DNA of 64,000 nt from Candidatus Magasanikbacteria bacterium RIFCSPHIGHO2_01_FULL_41_23 (GTDB taxonomy: Bacteria; Patescibacteriota; Patescibacteriia; Magasanikbacterales; UBA922): the NCBI GenBank assembly GCA_001782805.1, contig MFPT01000004.1, forward strand, positions 41,294 through 105,293. The letters run 5' to 3'. The notes under the pieces were generated by a model, which ran no database searches, was not told where the DNA came from, and was given only the letters and a program-made list of their open reading frames with translations. This document shows positions 8,448 through 18,542 of this stretch, in pieces. The position numbers and the translations under genes are program-made. Numbering within the stretch: the first letter of the stretch is position 1; each line of letters begins with the position of its first letter.

Positions 8448-9587
8448 CTAGCGCTTGTGAAATATTTTTTCATAAATCGCCCGAGTCTCCGCTGCAAGCT
8501 TGCTCCAAGAATACCGGAGCGATTCTTGACGCGCGGCCAAACGTAATTCGTAACGAATTTCGTCATTAATTAATCCTTGAAAAATAACATCGGCCATTTG
8601 TTTAATTGATTCCGGGTCAAAATACAGCGCCCCCATGCCTAAAATTTCCGGAATAGAACCACGATTTGACGCCACGACCGGTACATTAAAAATCCACGCT
8701 TCCAACGGCGGCAAACCAAAACCTTCGTATAAACTGGGGAAAACAAAAAGCGCAGCATTTTTATACAAAGCCGGCAAATCTTCATCCGGCACAAAACCGG
8801 TAAAAATAATATGGGAAATTTTTTCCTCCTGCACGATTTTTTCAATTTTATTGGAAAAATAATTTTTTTTACTCGCGATGACCAATTGATAATCATTGCC
8901 ATGACGCTCAACCAATAATTTCCAGGCACGCACCAAACCGGCCAAATTTTTATGTGGATAGCTAACGCCAACATACAACGCATAAGACTTGTTGATTCCA
9001 AATTTTTCAATTGTATTTTGCGATGCACTGACATTCGCGGGCGATTCAAAACTGGGAGCTTGATAAATAATGAAAATTTTATTCGTTGTTTGCGGAAAAT
9101 GTTTAATGATTTCTTGTTTGGTGAATTCGCTGACCGCGATAATGTGTTCGGCGCTTTGGACTGCGTGCCGCAAGACAATCCGATACGCCAAATTTTTAAA
9201 CCAATACCCAATCGGTCCGAGCGTGCTGGCCGCGCGCGTGGAATATTGCAAAAGCAATAAGTCATGAATCGTAACAACAAACGGCTCATTATAAAATAAT
9301 GGCACATTCCAGTGCGGAAAATGCATCAATTCAACTTTGGCTTTTTTAATAATGCTTGCCAACAAAATTTGTTCACGCCAGCCATACCACGGAATATCGG
9401 CCAAAACTTTTGTATATTTAAAATGTTCATTTCCTATTTTTACTTTATTGATATTCTCTGAACGCAAAAAAAGAACGTAATCGTTTTCCTGATCAATCAG
9501 GCTCAAGTGTAAAACAAGTTGTTCAATATATCGTCCCAATCCGCCTTGTTCCGGCCCCAACAGGCGACAATCAATTCCAATTTTCAT
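8448..9587 (-). CDS. Glycosyltransferase family 4 (GT-B, group 1)
   Basis: C-terminal EGFGLPPLEA motif and overall GT4 layout. Start taken at MKIGID. Confidence 0.8.
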   Translation of the reverse strand: MKIGIDCRLLGPEQGGLGRYIEQLVLHLSLIDQENDYVLFLRSENINKVKIGNEHFKYTKVLADIPWYGWREQILLASIIKKAKVELMHFPHWNVPLFYNEPFVVTIHDLLLLQYSTRAASTLGPIGYWFKNLAYRIVLRHAVQSAEHIIAVSEFTKQEIIKHFPQTTNKIFIIYQAPSFESPANVSASQNTIEKFGINKSYALYVGVSYPHKNLAGLVRAWKLLVERHGNDYQLVIASKKNYFSNKIEKIVQEEKISHIIFTGFVPDEDLPALYKNAALFVFPSLYEGFGLPPLEAWIFNVPVVASNRGSIPEILGMGALYFDPESIKQMADVIFQGLINDEIRYELRLAARQESLRYSWSKLAAETRAIYEKIFHKR

Positions 9588-9603
9588 ACAGCACAATCAC
9601 TAA

Positions 9604-10686
9604 CTAATAAATAAACATGGCATCGCCAAAACTATAAAAACGATATTTATCGGCAACCGCTTGCCGATAACAAGATAACATAAATTCTCTGTCGCCAACC
9701 AATGCGGCGGTCAACATTAAAAGCGTTGATTTTGGCAAATGAAAATTGGTAATTAATGCGTCCACTACTTGGAATGTAAATCCAGGAATAATAAAAATAT
9801 TCAGATCGCCATGATACGGTTCAATCCAATTTCCATTTTTTTGACCGGAAAATTTGGCACAAAATTGCGCCACGCCTTCCAAAGTTCTGACTGTAGTTGT
9901 GCCCACCGCAATAACCCGTCGTCCATCGTGTTTTGCCTTATTGACGGACTCGGCTGTTTCCTGGGAAATCTCCACTTGTTCGCTGTGCATAGTATGGTCC
10001 GCGATGCGTTCGGTTTTAACGGGCAAAAAAGTTCCCAGGCCAACATGCAATGTTACTTCCGCGAATTCCACGCCTTTATTTTTTAATTTTTCAATGAGTT
10101 CCGGAGTAAAATGAAATCCGGCTGTGGGCGCGGCCACCGATCCTTCATGTTTCGCGTAAATAGTTTGATAGACATCAAGTTCATGTCGTTCATCTTTTAC
10201 ATAAGGCGGCAATGGCACGGATCCATATTGATTGGCTTTGGCGCGAACTTGTTCCGCTGTATCTGGAAATTGAACTAAAATTGTGCCGTCATTTTCTTTA
10301 ACAATCACGTCACACCAAAAATCCGACGCGAATTGTACGCGCGTGCCTGATTTTACATGCCGACCGGGTTTAGCCAGTACTTTCCATACTCCGAGATTTT
10401 CCATGGGCCGAACTAAAAAAATTTCCACTGGTTTAGTATGATCGCGCAACGGTTCACCTTTTTCCGACAGTAATTGTCCCGACAACCGCGCTTTAAAAAC
10501 TTTGGAATTATTCCAGACCAACAAATCACCTGACTGAAAATAATCAACAATATCAAAAAAATGTTTATGCGTTGTACTTTTTTGCGCGCGATCCACTATC
10601 ATCAAACGCGAAACATCACGCGGCTCAACCGGTTTTTGGGCGATCAGTCTTGTGGGTAAATTATAGTCAAAATCAGCGGTAAACAT
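9604..10686 (-). CDS. queA: S-adenosylmethionine:tRNA ribosyltransferase-isomerase
   Basis: 360 aa. N-terminal FDYNLPTRLIAQKPVEPRDVSRLM is typical of QueA. Confidence 0.85.
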   Translation of the reverse strand: MFTADFDYNLPTRLIAQKPVEPRDVSRLMIVDRAQKSTTHKHFFDIVDYFQSGDLLVWNNSKVFKARLSGQLLSEKGEPLRDHTKPVEIFLVRPMENLGVWKVLAKPGRHVKSGTRVQFASDFWCDVIVKENDGTILVQFPDTAEQVRAKANQYGSVPLPPYVKDERHELDVYQTIYAKHEGSVAAPTAGFHFTPELIEKLKNKGVEFAEVTLHVGLGTFLPVKTERIADHTMHSEQVEISQETAESVNKAKHDGRRVIAVGTTTVRTLEGVAQFCAKFSGQKNGNWIEPYHGDLNIFIIPGFTFQVVDALITNFHLPKSTLLMLTAALVGDREFMLSCYRQAVADKYRFYSFGDAMFIY

Positions 10687-10687
10687 A

Positions 10688-11716
10688 TTATTTTATTTTA
10701 TACATTGTTGCTTTGGCTTTTCCCAAGCGAACAATTTTTCCCAGCGCGATCAATTTATTAAAATCCAAATTACGCGTGGCTTTGGCGCGATCAGTTATCT
10801 GCGAATACAACTTGTCAGTAATGTATTCGTGTTCGGCAATGTAGTTTAAAATATTTTGATGATACGGTTGCAATACATCGGCTGGAGAAAACGCGGATTT
10901 TTTTAACCCCTCGCCCACGCGCAAAAGTTCATCAATAATTCCATCCGTAAAATATTCCAGCCATTCCGTAAAATCCAACTCATTTTTAATATCATAATAA
11001 TTTCCCCGCACGCCTACTGTGGCAAAATATTTAGTGACATTTTGATTATAATAATTTTCAAAACTAAACAAATTAAAAGTATTGAGACCCATCCCCGCCA
11101 ACAAAACTTTAGTAGCCAGTCGAATGGTTCGGCCATTGCCATCAATAAATGGATGGATAACAACAAACTGTTTATGAAAAATCCCGGCTAAAATCAGTGG
11201 ATCAAGAATTTTTTTATTGCGTTCTATAAAATCAAACAACTGTTTCATCAATTCCGAGACATCCGCCTGATCAGGCGGCCAGTACACGGTTATCCGCGCA
11301 CGCGGATCATTGACAAAAACCGGTTCTTGTCGAAGTACGCCGGAACGATGCTCGGACAACAAATTTTGTGTTACAGTTTTTTGTATTTTTAAAACTAAGG
11401 GCAAACCAAAATGAAAAGAACTTTCTTTAACCATTGTATTGAGTTCAATTAAAGCCTCATTATAATTCAAAACTTCTCGCTCACTGTCGCGAATAAATTC
11501 CGGACGGTGTTTCAAAATTTCCCTAACATCGGTCAATGGAAGTGGATTGCCTTCAATACTGGTGGAGGCATGGGCGGAAATTTCCCGTGCCTTTTTTTCC
11601 CAATCCATTAAGACCACTTTGGCCAATGGCTGATAGTTCAATTCTGCCACCAAAACTGAAATCCGTTTGACGTTTTGCAACAATTTAGGAGAAACCGTAT
11701 ATTTTGGCTTAAACAT
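10688..11716 (-). CDS. Fic/DOC family AMPylase-type protein with intrinsic N-terminal inhibitory motif
   Basis: Fic motif HPFIDGNGRTIR. N-terminal TSIEGN matches the (S/T)xxxE(G/N) auto-inhibition helix. Confidence 0.85.
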   Translation of the reverse strand: MFKPKYTVSPKLLQNVKRISVLVAELNYQPLAKVVLMDWEKKAREISAHASTSIEGNPLPLTDVREILKHRPEFIRDSEREVLNYNEALIELNTMVKESSFHFGLPLVLKIQKTVTQNLLSEHRSGVLRQEPVFVNDPRARITVYWPPDQADVSELMKQLFDFIERNKKILDPLILAGIFHKQFVVIHPFIDGNGRTIRLATKVLLAGMGLNTFNLFSFENYYNQNVTKYFATVGVRGNYYDIKNELDFTEWLEYFTDGIIDELLRVGEGLKKSAFSPADVLQPYHQNILNYIAEHEYITDKLYSQITDRAKATRNLDFNKLIALGKIVRLGKAKATMYKIK

Positions 11717-11809
11717 AAGGTTTTAAGTAATTGACTATAGACGAATTATAGACGATTGTTGGACGATTGTCAATTGCTTCTCTGGGTTTTTTGTCCCGAC
11801 TTGACGGGA

Positions 11810-12643
11810 TTATTTTTTCAAAAACCGTCGCGCATTTTCGTTATGTTCCGCCAATGTCCGCGCATACTTAACTTCTCCCGTGTCCAGCGTAGTCAAAAAA
11901 TACCAATAACCGTTTTTTTCCGGATTAATCGCGGCCATAATTGATTCCAAACTTGGATTACTGATTGATCCGGGCGGAAGTTTGGGATATTTATACGTAT
12001 TCCAAAAATTATCTGTTTGCCGGTCTTCATTGGAAGTAAATACTGTTCCCTCTTTGGCCGTCGCATAATGAACTGTGGAATCAGCTTGTAAACCCATTCC
12101 CACATCATGTCGTCGCCAAAAAATATCCGCGACTTTGGCTTTGTCGGTTTTGGTTTTCACTTCCCGTTCCAAAATACCGGCCATGGTCAAAATTTCATGA
12201 ATGCTTCTATCGGTCAATTTAATGGAATTTTGTAATTCCGCAGAAAATTCTTTTTCACGTTGAGATGCCAGCCGGCTTATGATATTCTTAACCGTTGCAT
12301 CCGCGTAAACACGATAAGTATCGGGCGCCAAATATCCTTCGAGACTGAGGCCGCGCGGTTTGGCGATCAACAGTGAATTGGTAATTATGGACGCAGTATT
12401 ATTTGCTCTGGCCGCCAGACCGGTAATTACATATACATCGGCAGTGGACGAAGCAAATTCTTGTTGTACCAAATATTCCGCCACGTCGCGCAAATCCCAG
12501 CCCGGAATAATTGTAATGGTTTTTTCCACGCGAGCATTGCGGACAATTTTTTCCGCTCGATCTTTGAGAACAGTTTGTCGCCACCACAAACCGGCCACAG
12601 TAATGATAATCACCGATAAAATGACAAATTTAACCACGCGCAT
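11810..12643 (-). CDS. mltG: Endolytic murein transglycosylase MltG (YceG-like)
   Basis: 277 aa. N-terminal TM, YLAPDTY and YKYPKLPPGSISNP motifs of the YceG family. Confidence 0.8.
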   Translation of the reverse strand: MRVVKFVILSVIIITVAGLWWRQTVLKDRAEKIVRNARVEKTITIIPGWDLRDVAEYLVQQEFASSTADVYVITGLAARANNTASIITNSLLIAKPRGLSLEGYLAPDTYRVYADATVKNIISRLASQREKEFSAELQNSIKLTDRSIHEILTMAGILEREVKTKTDKAKVADIFWRRHDVGMGLQADSTVHYATAKEGTVFTSNEDRQTDNFWNTYKYPKLPPGSISNPSLESIMAAINPEKNGYWYFLTTLDTGEVKYARTLAEHNENARRFLKK

Positions 12644-12646
12644 AAT

Positions 12647-13699
12647 TTACAAATATTTTTCTTCACCCGCATCTTCCAATTCTTTCAACACATTTTTAAT
12701 TTCCGGAACAAAATCTTTGTGGCAAACCAAAAGCGCGTCCGGAGTATTTACGACCACAATTCCAGCCAAACCGATTGTTACCACTTTTTTTTGACTCTCT
12801 TCATTATATACCAAAGAGTCGCGAGTTTTTTTAACCAATATATTGCCGGACAAAAAATTATCTTCTTGCTTTGGTGACAGAGCTTCTTTCAACGCATACA
12901 AAGTTCCCGGATCACTCCAACCTAAATTTACCGGCATCACGACTGCGTCAGACAAAGACAGATGCTCAATAATCGCTTCATCAAATGAAAGCGTTGGTAA
13001 ATTTTTGTATTCACGATTAAGCGTGACTTCATCGCTCGCCATAATTTCCAAATTCCGCCACAGTTCAGGCTGAAAATCTTGATACCACTTAATCATGGTA
13101 TCCAAATCAAAAACAAAATAACCGGGATTCCATAACCATTCTCCACTGGCAAACATGGTGTCGCACAGGGATTTTTCCGGACGGTATTTCCAGCCCGCGA
13201 ACGAGCGATAGTTACCGACCGATTGTTCGCCCAGTTTAATCCAACCCAAATTATGATTGGCAAAACGCGGTTTTTCTCCAAAAAAAATAATCTTTGTCGG
13301 GTCAGCCGACACTAATTCTTCCGCGCGGTTCAAGACTGATTCAAATTCCTGTGGATGATCCACAAAATGATCTGACCAAATAATTGCGGCGGAGCCAGTC
13401 GCACCGCTTTTTTTTAAACGAACCAAAGTCAAACCAACGGCCGCGGCCAAATCACGACGACATGGTTCCGTCAAAATATGATCCTCTACGATTTCCGGAA
13501 TTTGTTTTTTTACCAGATCTTTGTACTGTTCATTCGTAATTATAAAAATATTTTCCCGACCAAAATTATTGACGCGTGTCATTGTCATTTGCAATGTTGA
13601 TTGTCCATCTTTAAAAAAACCAAACTGTTTCGGTGAATTTTTGCGACTTAACGGCCACAAGCGTGTGCCGGCTCCGCCCGCGAAAATTAAAATATTCAT
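12647..13699 (-). CDS. Sugar-phosphate nucleotidyltransferase (mannose-1-phosphate guanylyltransferase-like)
   Basis: N-terminal ILIFAGGAGTRLWPLS motif. About 350 aa. Confidence 0.75.
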   Translation of the reverse strand: MNILIFAGGAGTRLWPLSRKNSPKQFGFFKDGQSTLQMTMTRVNNFGRENIFIITNEQYKDLVKKQIPEIVEDHILTEPCRRDLAAAVGLTLVRLKKSGATGSAAIIWSDHFVDHPQEFESVLNRAEELVSADPTKIIFFGEKPRFANHNLGWIKLGEQSVGNYRSFAGWKYRPEKSLCDTMFASGEWLWNPGYFVFDLDTMIKWYQDFQPELWRNLEIMASDEVTLNREYKNLPTLSFDEAIIEHLSLSDAVVMPVNLGWSDPGTLYALKEALSPKQEDNFLSGNILVKKTRDSLVYNEESQKKVVTIGLAGIVVVNTPDALLVCHKDFVPEIKNVLKELEDAGEEKYL

Positions 13700-13704
13700 A
13701 AATG

Positions 13705-14235
13705 TTATCGCCAAAAAATAAAAGCAACAGTAGTGGCTAAAATCCAGCCCGCGACAATATCACGCGGATAATGCACGCCGGCAAATACGCGCGCCACACT
13801 GATGATTATTGCCCAAAAAAAATAAGAAAGTGCAATCGATGGCGCACTCGGCAGAAAAAAAATAAAATAAGCCAAAAGCGCGGACATTATCGCGTGATCT
13901 GAAGGCAATGATTTCCAATGGCTTAATGGCTTAATAATTTCCTTAACTTCAGGGAATTCTATAACCGGTCGACGATGCGGATATAACCAACCGAATAGCC
14001 AACTTAACCCCAGCGCCAAACCCGAACCCAATAAAAATTTACCGATCAAAAAAGAAAAATTAATCCATTCCCATGAAACGTGATCACCAATTTGCCAAAC
14101 CGCGGCTAACCCAATAGCAAAAATAGCATTCTTGGCAAAAAAAATCACCGCGCGATCAAAAAATTTCCAGCGACCGCTGTACCGATTCGCCAAGAAAAAA
14201 AGCTTGTGACTCCACGATAATTGCATAGTGTCCAT
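13705..14235 (-). CDS. PAP2-family phosphatase (undecaprenyl-diphosphatase-like membrane protein)
   Basis: Multi-TM. PAP2 motifs KxxxxxxRP-like, SLPSDHA and GVHYPRD. Confidence 0.75.
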   Translation of the reverse strand: MDTMQLSWSHKLFFLANRYSGRWKFFDRAVIFFAKNAIFAIGLAAVWQIGDHVSWEWINFSFLIGKFLLGSGLALGLSWLFGWLYPHRRPVIEFPEVKEIIKPLSHWKSLPSDHAIMSALLAYFIFFLPSAPSIALSYFFWAIIISVARVFAGVHYPRDIVAGWILATTVAFIFWR

Positions 14236-14281
14236 TAGTATGGCGAAAATTCATGATTTGGTCAATCAATTGACGATCAAC

Positions 14282-15367
14282 TTATTGTCCGACTTTCCAA
14301 CGCAGATAGCTTTCCACAAATTGGTCAAGTTCGCCATTCAAAACCGCGTCAGTATCGGCAGTTTCATATTTTGTGCGCACGTCTTTGACCATATGATACG
14401 GATGAAGAACATAGGAACGAATCTGACTTCCCCATTCTGGACTTTTCAATTCGCCGCGCAATGACAAGCGTTCGGCTATTTCTTTTTCTTCTTGCATTTT
14501 TTGCAATTTACCGGCCAAAATTTTCAGCGCAGAGTCTTTGTTTTGCAATTGCGAACGTTCATTTTGACATTGCACGGAAATGCCTGTGGGAATATGTACA
14601 ATCCGCACCGCGGAATACGTCGTGTTTACTGACTGTCCGCCTTTGCCTCCCGCCATAAACGTATCAATCCGCAATTCTTTAGGATCAATCCTAATATTTT
14701 CCGCCGCGATTTCCGGCACCACTTCAATCAGCGCAAATGAAGTATGCCGCATTTTTTCCGCATCAAACGGCGAGATGCGCACCAAACGATGCGTGCCATG
14801 TTCGGATTGTAAGTAACCATACGCGTATCGACCGCCAATTTTAAACGTGGCGGATTTTATTCCGGCTTCATTGCCGCGCGATTCATCCAGCAAAGTCGCC
14901 GCAAAATTATGACTTTCACAAAAACGCAGAATCATACGCACCAACATTTCCGTCCAATCTTGCGCTTCCGTTCCACCACTGCCCGCATGAAATGAAACAA
15001 TCGCGTTGCCCGCGTCATGATGTCCGGAAAATAAAATAAAAAATTCACGACGATTAAATTCAACGGTTAATTCACTGAATTGTTTGGCAATTTCCGCAAT
15101 CATGTCTTGATCTGGATTTTTGGCCACATCTTCGGCCAACGCCAATAAACCACTCACATTAGAAGCCAATTTGTCCCAGCCTGTTACCTCATTTTTCAGT
15201 GCTTCAAATGTTTGCGACACATTCCGCGCCTTTTCCTGATCTGCCCAAAAATTCGATGCCTGCATAATACCTTCCAGTTCCTTCATCTCTTGCCGATGTT
15301 TTGGTATATCTAAAAGTTGGATTGTACTGGCAATTTTAGTTTGAAGACTCAATAATTGTTCAATCAT
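14282..15367 (-). CDS. prfB: Peptide chain release factor 2
   Basis: 361 aa with GGQ motif (GGQSVNTTYSA) and RF2-specific SPF motif (RISPFD). Single intact ORF, so no programmed +1 frameshift. Confidence 0.9.
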   Translation of the reverse strand: MIEQLLSLQTKIASTIQLLDIPKHRQEMKELEGIMQASNFWADQEKARNVSQTFEALKNEVTGWDKLASNVSGLLALAEDVAKNPDQDMIAEIAKQFSELTVEFNRREFFILFSGHHDAGNAIVSFHAGSGGTEAQDWTEMLVRMILRFCESHNFAATLLDESRGNEAGIKSATFKIGGRYAYGYLQSEHGTHRLVRISPFDAEKMRHTSFALIEVVPEIAAENIRIDPKELRIDTFMAGGKGGQSVNTTYSAVRIVHIPTGISVQCQNERSQLQNKDSALKILAGKLQKMQEEKEIAERLSLRGELKSPEWGSQIRSYVLHPYHMVKDVRTKYETADTDAVLNGELDQFVESYLRWKVGQ

Positions 15368-15400
15368 AGTGTTTATCCATTCATCCTACAGAAAAAATCC

Positions 15401-15434
15401 CAAAAAAACAATCCCCCGATTTAAAAAAGGGGAT
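15401..15434 (-). terminator. Rho-independent terminator downstream of the 15456-16019 gene
   Basis: Hairpin atcccc-(11 nt loop)-ggggat, followed on the minus strand by a T-run. Confidence 0.5.
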
Positions 15435-15455
15435 ATTGATGCAATCCGATTATTC

Positions 15456-16019
15456 TTAATTCTCAAGAAAATATTTTTTTAAACGCGCCAAAATCCCGAC
15501 TGGTTTGGATCCTTTTTCATTAGCCGATATAGGGCGACGTGTCTGTCCGGATTCGCTATCAACTGGAGCAACCGGTTCTTTTTGCAAAGTAACACTTTTA
15601 ATATCTAAAATTGAACCGGATTTGGCATCCAATAAAGACAATCTAACCACGATATTCTTTTCTTCCCCTCCTATCTTAACTGTGGTTTCAATAACAGGTT
15701 CCAGAGGAGTTGGTAGATCATTAATATCCAAATCTCGAATTTCGTCACCGGAATTACTAATTTTTCTAACTTCTTCGACTACATCGCTGATATCACTAAA
15801 GTCGTGGCGGGATAAGTAAACAGAAAGATGATCGGACACAGAAGCCACGTCACCTGACTTAATAAAATCTATAATTTGAGTACAAACATTTCCCGAATAA
15901 ATTTTTTGGTTTTTCTGAAATATTTGCACCGGCCGCGCGAAGTTCATCGAGATCGATCTCCACTCGACGGTTTGCCGAATCTCCCTTATCACTAAAAGAA
16001 AGACTTCGAGGAGTATCAA
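15456..16019 (-). CDS. Hypothetical acidic protein (likely true start at MNFARP)
   Basis: ORF only. No recognisable motifs. Confidence 0.4.
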   Translation of the reverse strand: MILLEVFLLVIREIRQTVEWRSISMNFARPVQIFQKNQKIYSGNVCTQIIDFIKSGDVASVSDHLSVYLSRHDFSDISDVVEEVRKISNSGDEIRDLDINDLPTPLEPVIETTVKIGGEEKNIVVRLSLLDAKSGSILDIKSVTLQKEPVAPVDSESGQTRRPISANEKGSKPVGILARLKKYFLEN

Positions 16020-16140
16020 TTGGCATATAATTACAGACTGAGAATTAAAATAAAATTCTTTTTAATTAAACCAATAGGTGTAGTATACTATAAACCTTGA
16101 AATTAAATCAAGAGCTTTTACAAACTATATTTTTTTAACA

Positions 16141-16166
16141 AAAAACCTGCTGTTGGCAGGTTTTTT
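16141..16166 (-). terminator. Rho-independent terminator of groESL operon
   Basis: aaaaacctgc-tgtt-ggcaggtttttt, a perfect 7-bp stem with A/T runs on both sides, 30 nt after the groEL stop. Confidence 0.7.
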
Positions 16167-16195
16167 GGAAGATTATTTTTGAGATAAATGAACCC

Positions 16196-17857
<1,662 letters not shown>

Positions 17858-17860
17858 TTA

Positions 17861-17981
17861 AAGTGTGTTGATTAAAATAAAAATGGAATCCCGACAAGTC
17901 GGGATAAACTCCTGTAGCTTTTTTGAGCCCGATATTTATGAGGGTCTCAGAAAAAGATTTGCAGTGAATTTTTATTTTAAT
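17861..17981. repeat. Type-2 MITE-like element (TIR TTAAAATAAAAAT, internal palindrome ATCCCGACAAGTCGGGAT) inserted in groES-groEL spacer
   Basis: About 95% identical to 43738-43860. A partial copy lies at 47031-47075. It widens the normally short groES-groEL gap to ~155 nt. Confidence 0.8.
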
Positions 17982-17994
17982 TTCCTTAATGAGT

Positions 17995-18288
17995 TTATTT
18001 CTCAAGAACCGCCAGAATATCTTCTTGACTGACAATTTTATATTCCTGTTTTTCCACTTCCACTTCGTCGCCTCCCCATTTTTTAATGAGTACGCGATCG
18101 CCAACTTTAACTTCCATAGCCCCGCGCGCACCACTTTCCAAAAGTTTGCCCGGACCCACGGCCACAATTTCACCTTCGGCTTTTTTTTCTTTATCCACAG
18201 TATCAGGCAAAACAATGCCTGACGCAGTAATTTCTTCCTCCTTAACAAGTTTGACCACGACGTGGTCGCCGAGCGGTTTTATCGTCAT
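17995..18288 (-). CDS. groS: Co-chaperonin GroES (10 kDa)
   Basis: MTIKPLGDHVVVK... is typical GroES. Start taken at MTIKPL. Confidence 0.95.
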   Translation of the reverse strand: MTIKPLGDHVVVKLVKEEEITASGIVLPDTVDKEKKAEGEIVAVGPGKLLESGARGAMEVKVGDRVLIKKWGGDEVEVEKQEYKIVSQEDILAVLEK

Positions 18289-18312
18289 ATTGTAACAAAT
18301 AAAAATAAATAT

Positions 18313-18339
18313 ATTAGCACTCAACTTAACCGAGTGTTA
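18313..18339. promoter_or_regulatory. CIRCE operator (HrcA binding site) of groESL
   Basis: TTAGCACTC-N9-GAGTGTTAA, one mismatch to the consensus TTAGCACTC-N9-GAGTGCTAA. Lies between the promoter and the groES start. Confidence 0.85.
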
Positions 18340-18350
18340 AATGATAAGCT

Positions 18351-18378
18351 CATTTTAATACTTTCCTCAAAAATGTCA
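18351..18378 (-). promoter_or_regulatory. Sigma-70-type promoter of groESL (TTGACA-N16-TAAAAT)
   Basis: Minus-strand reading: TTGACAtttttgaggaaagtatTAAAAT, immediately upstream of CIRCE. Confidence 0.7.
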
Positions 18379-18383
18379 AGAGA

Positions 18384-18410
18384 GAAATCCACAAATAAAA
18401 AATCCAAGGT
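18384..18410 (-). terminator. Rho-independent terminator ending the upstream (O-antigen-ligase-like) transcript
   Basis: Minus-sense CCAAG-cctac-CTTGG followed by ATTTTTTATTT. Confidence 0.55.
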
Positions 18411-18542
18411 AGGCTTGGCCCAAACGACGACCGTATAAATCTCAAGATGCCTGTCAGTACCCGAGATTCCCTGGCGTGCGCTTGCGCCCTGCCTACTGTG
18501 GATTCTTTAGTTCAGGCATTATATTCCGTTATATTCGAGCCG

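Noticed and set aside
8639-9307. 222-aa minus ORF and 102-aa and 65-aa plus ORFs overlapping the GT4 gene
   Set aside because: Alternative and antisense frames within a gene that has clear GT4 motifs. Composition is Arg/Lys/Cys-rich junk.
14282-15367. Expected +1 programmed frameshift in prfB
   Set aside because: The RF2 ORF is continuous (361 aa) from MIEQLL to the C-terminus with no in-frame early UGA, so there is no frameshift site.
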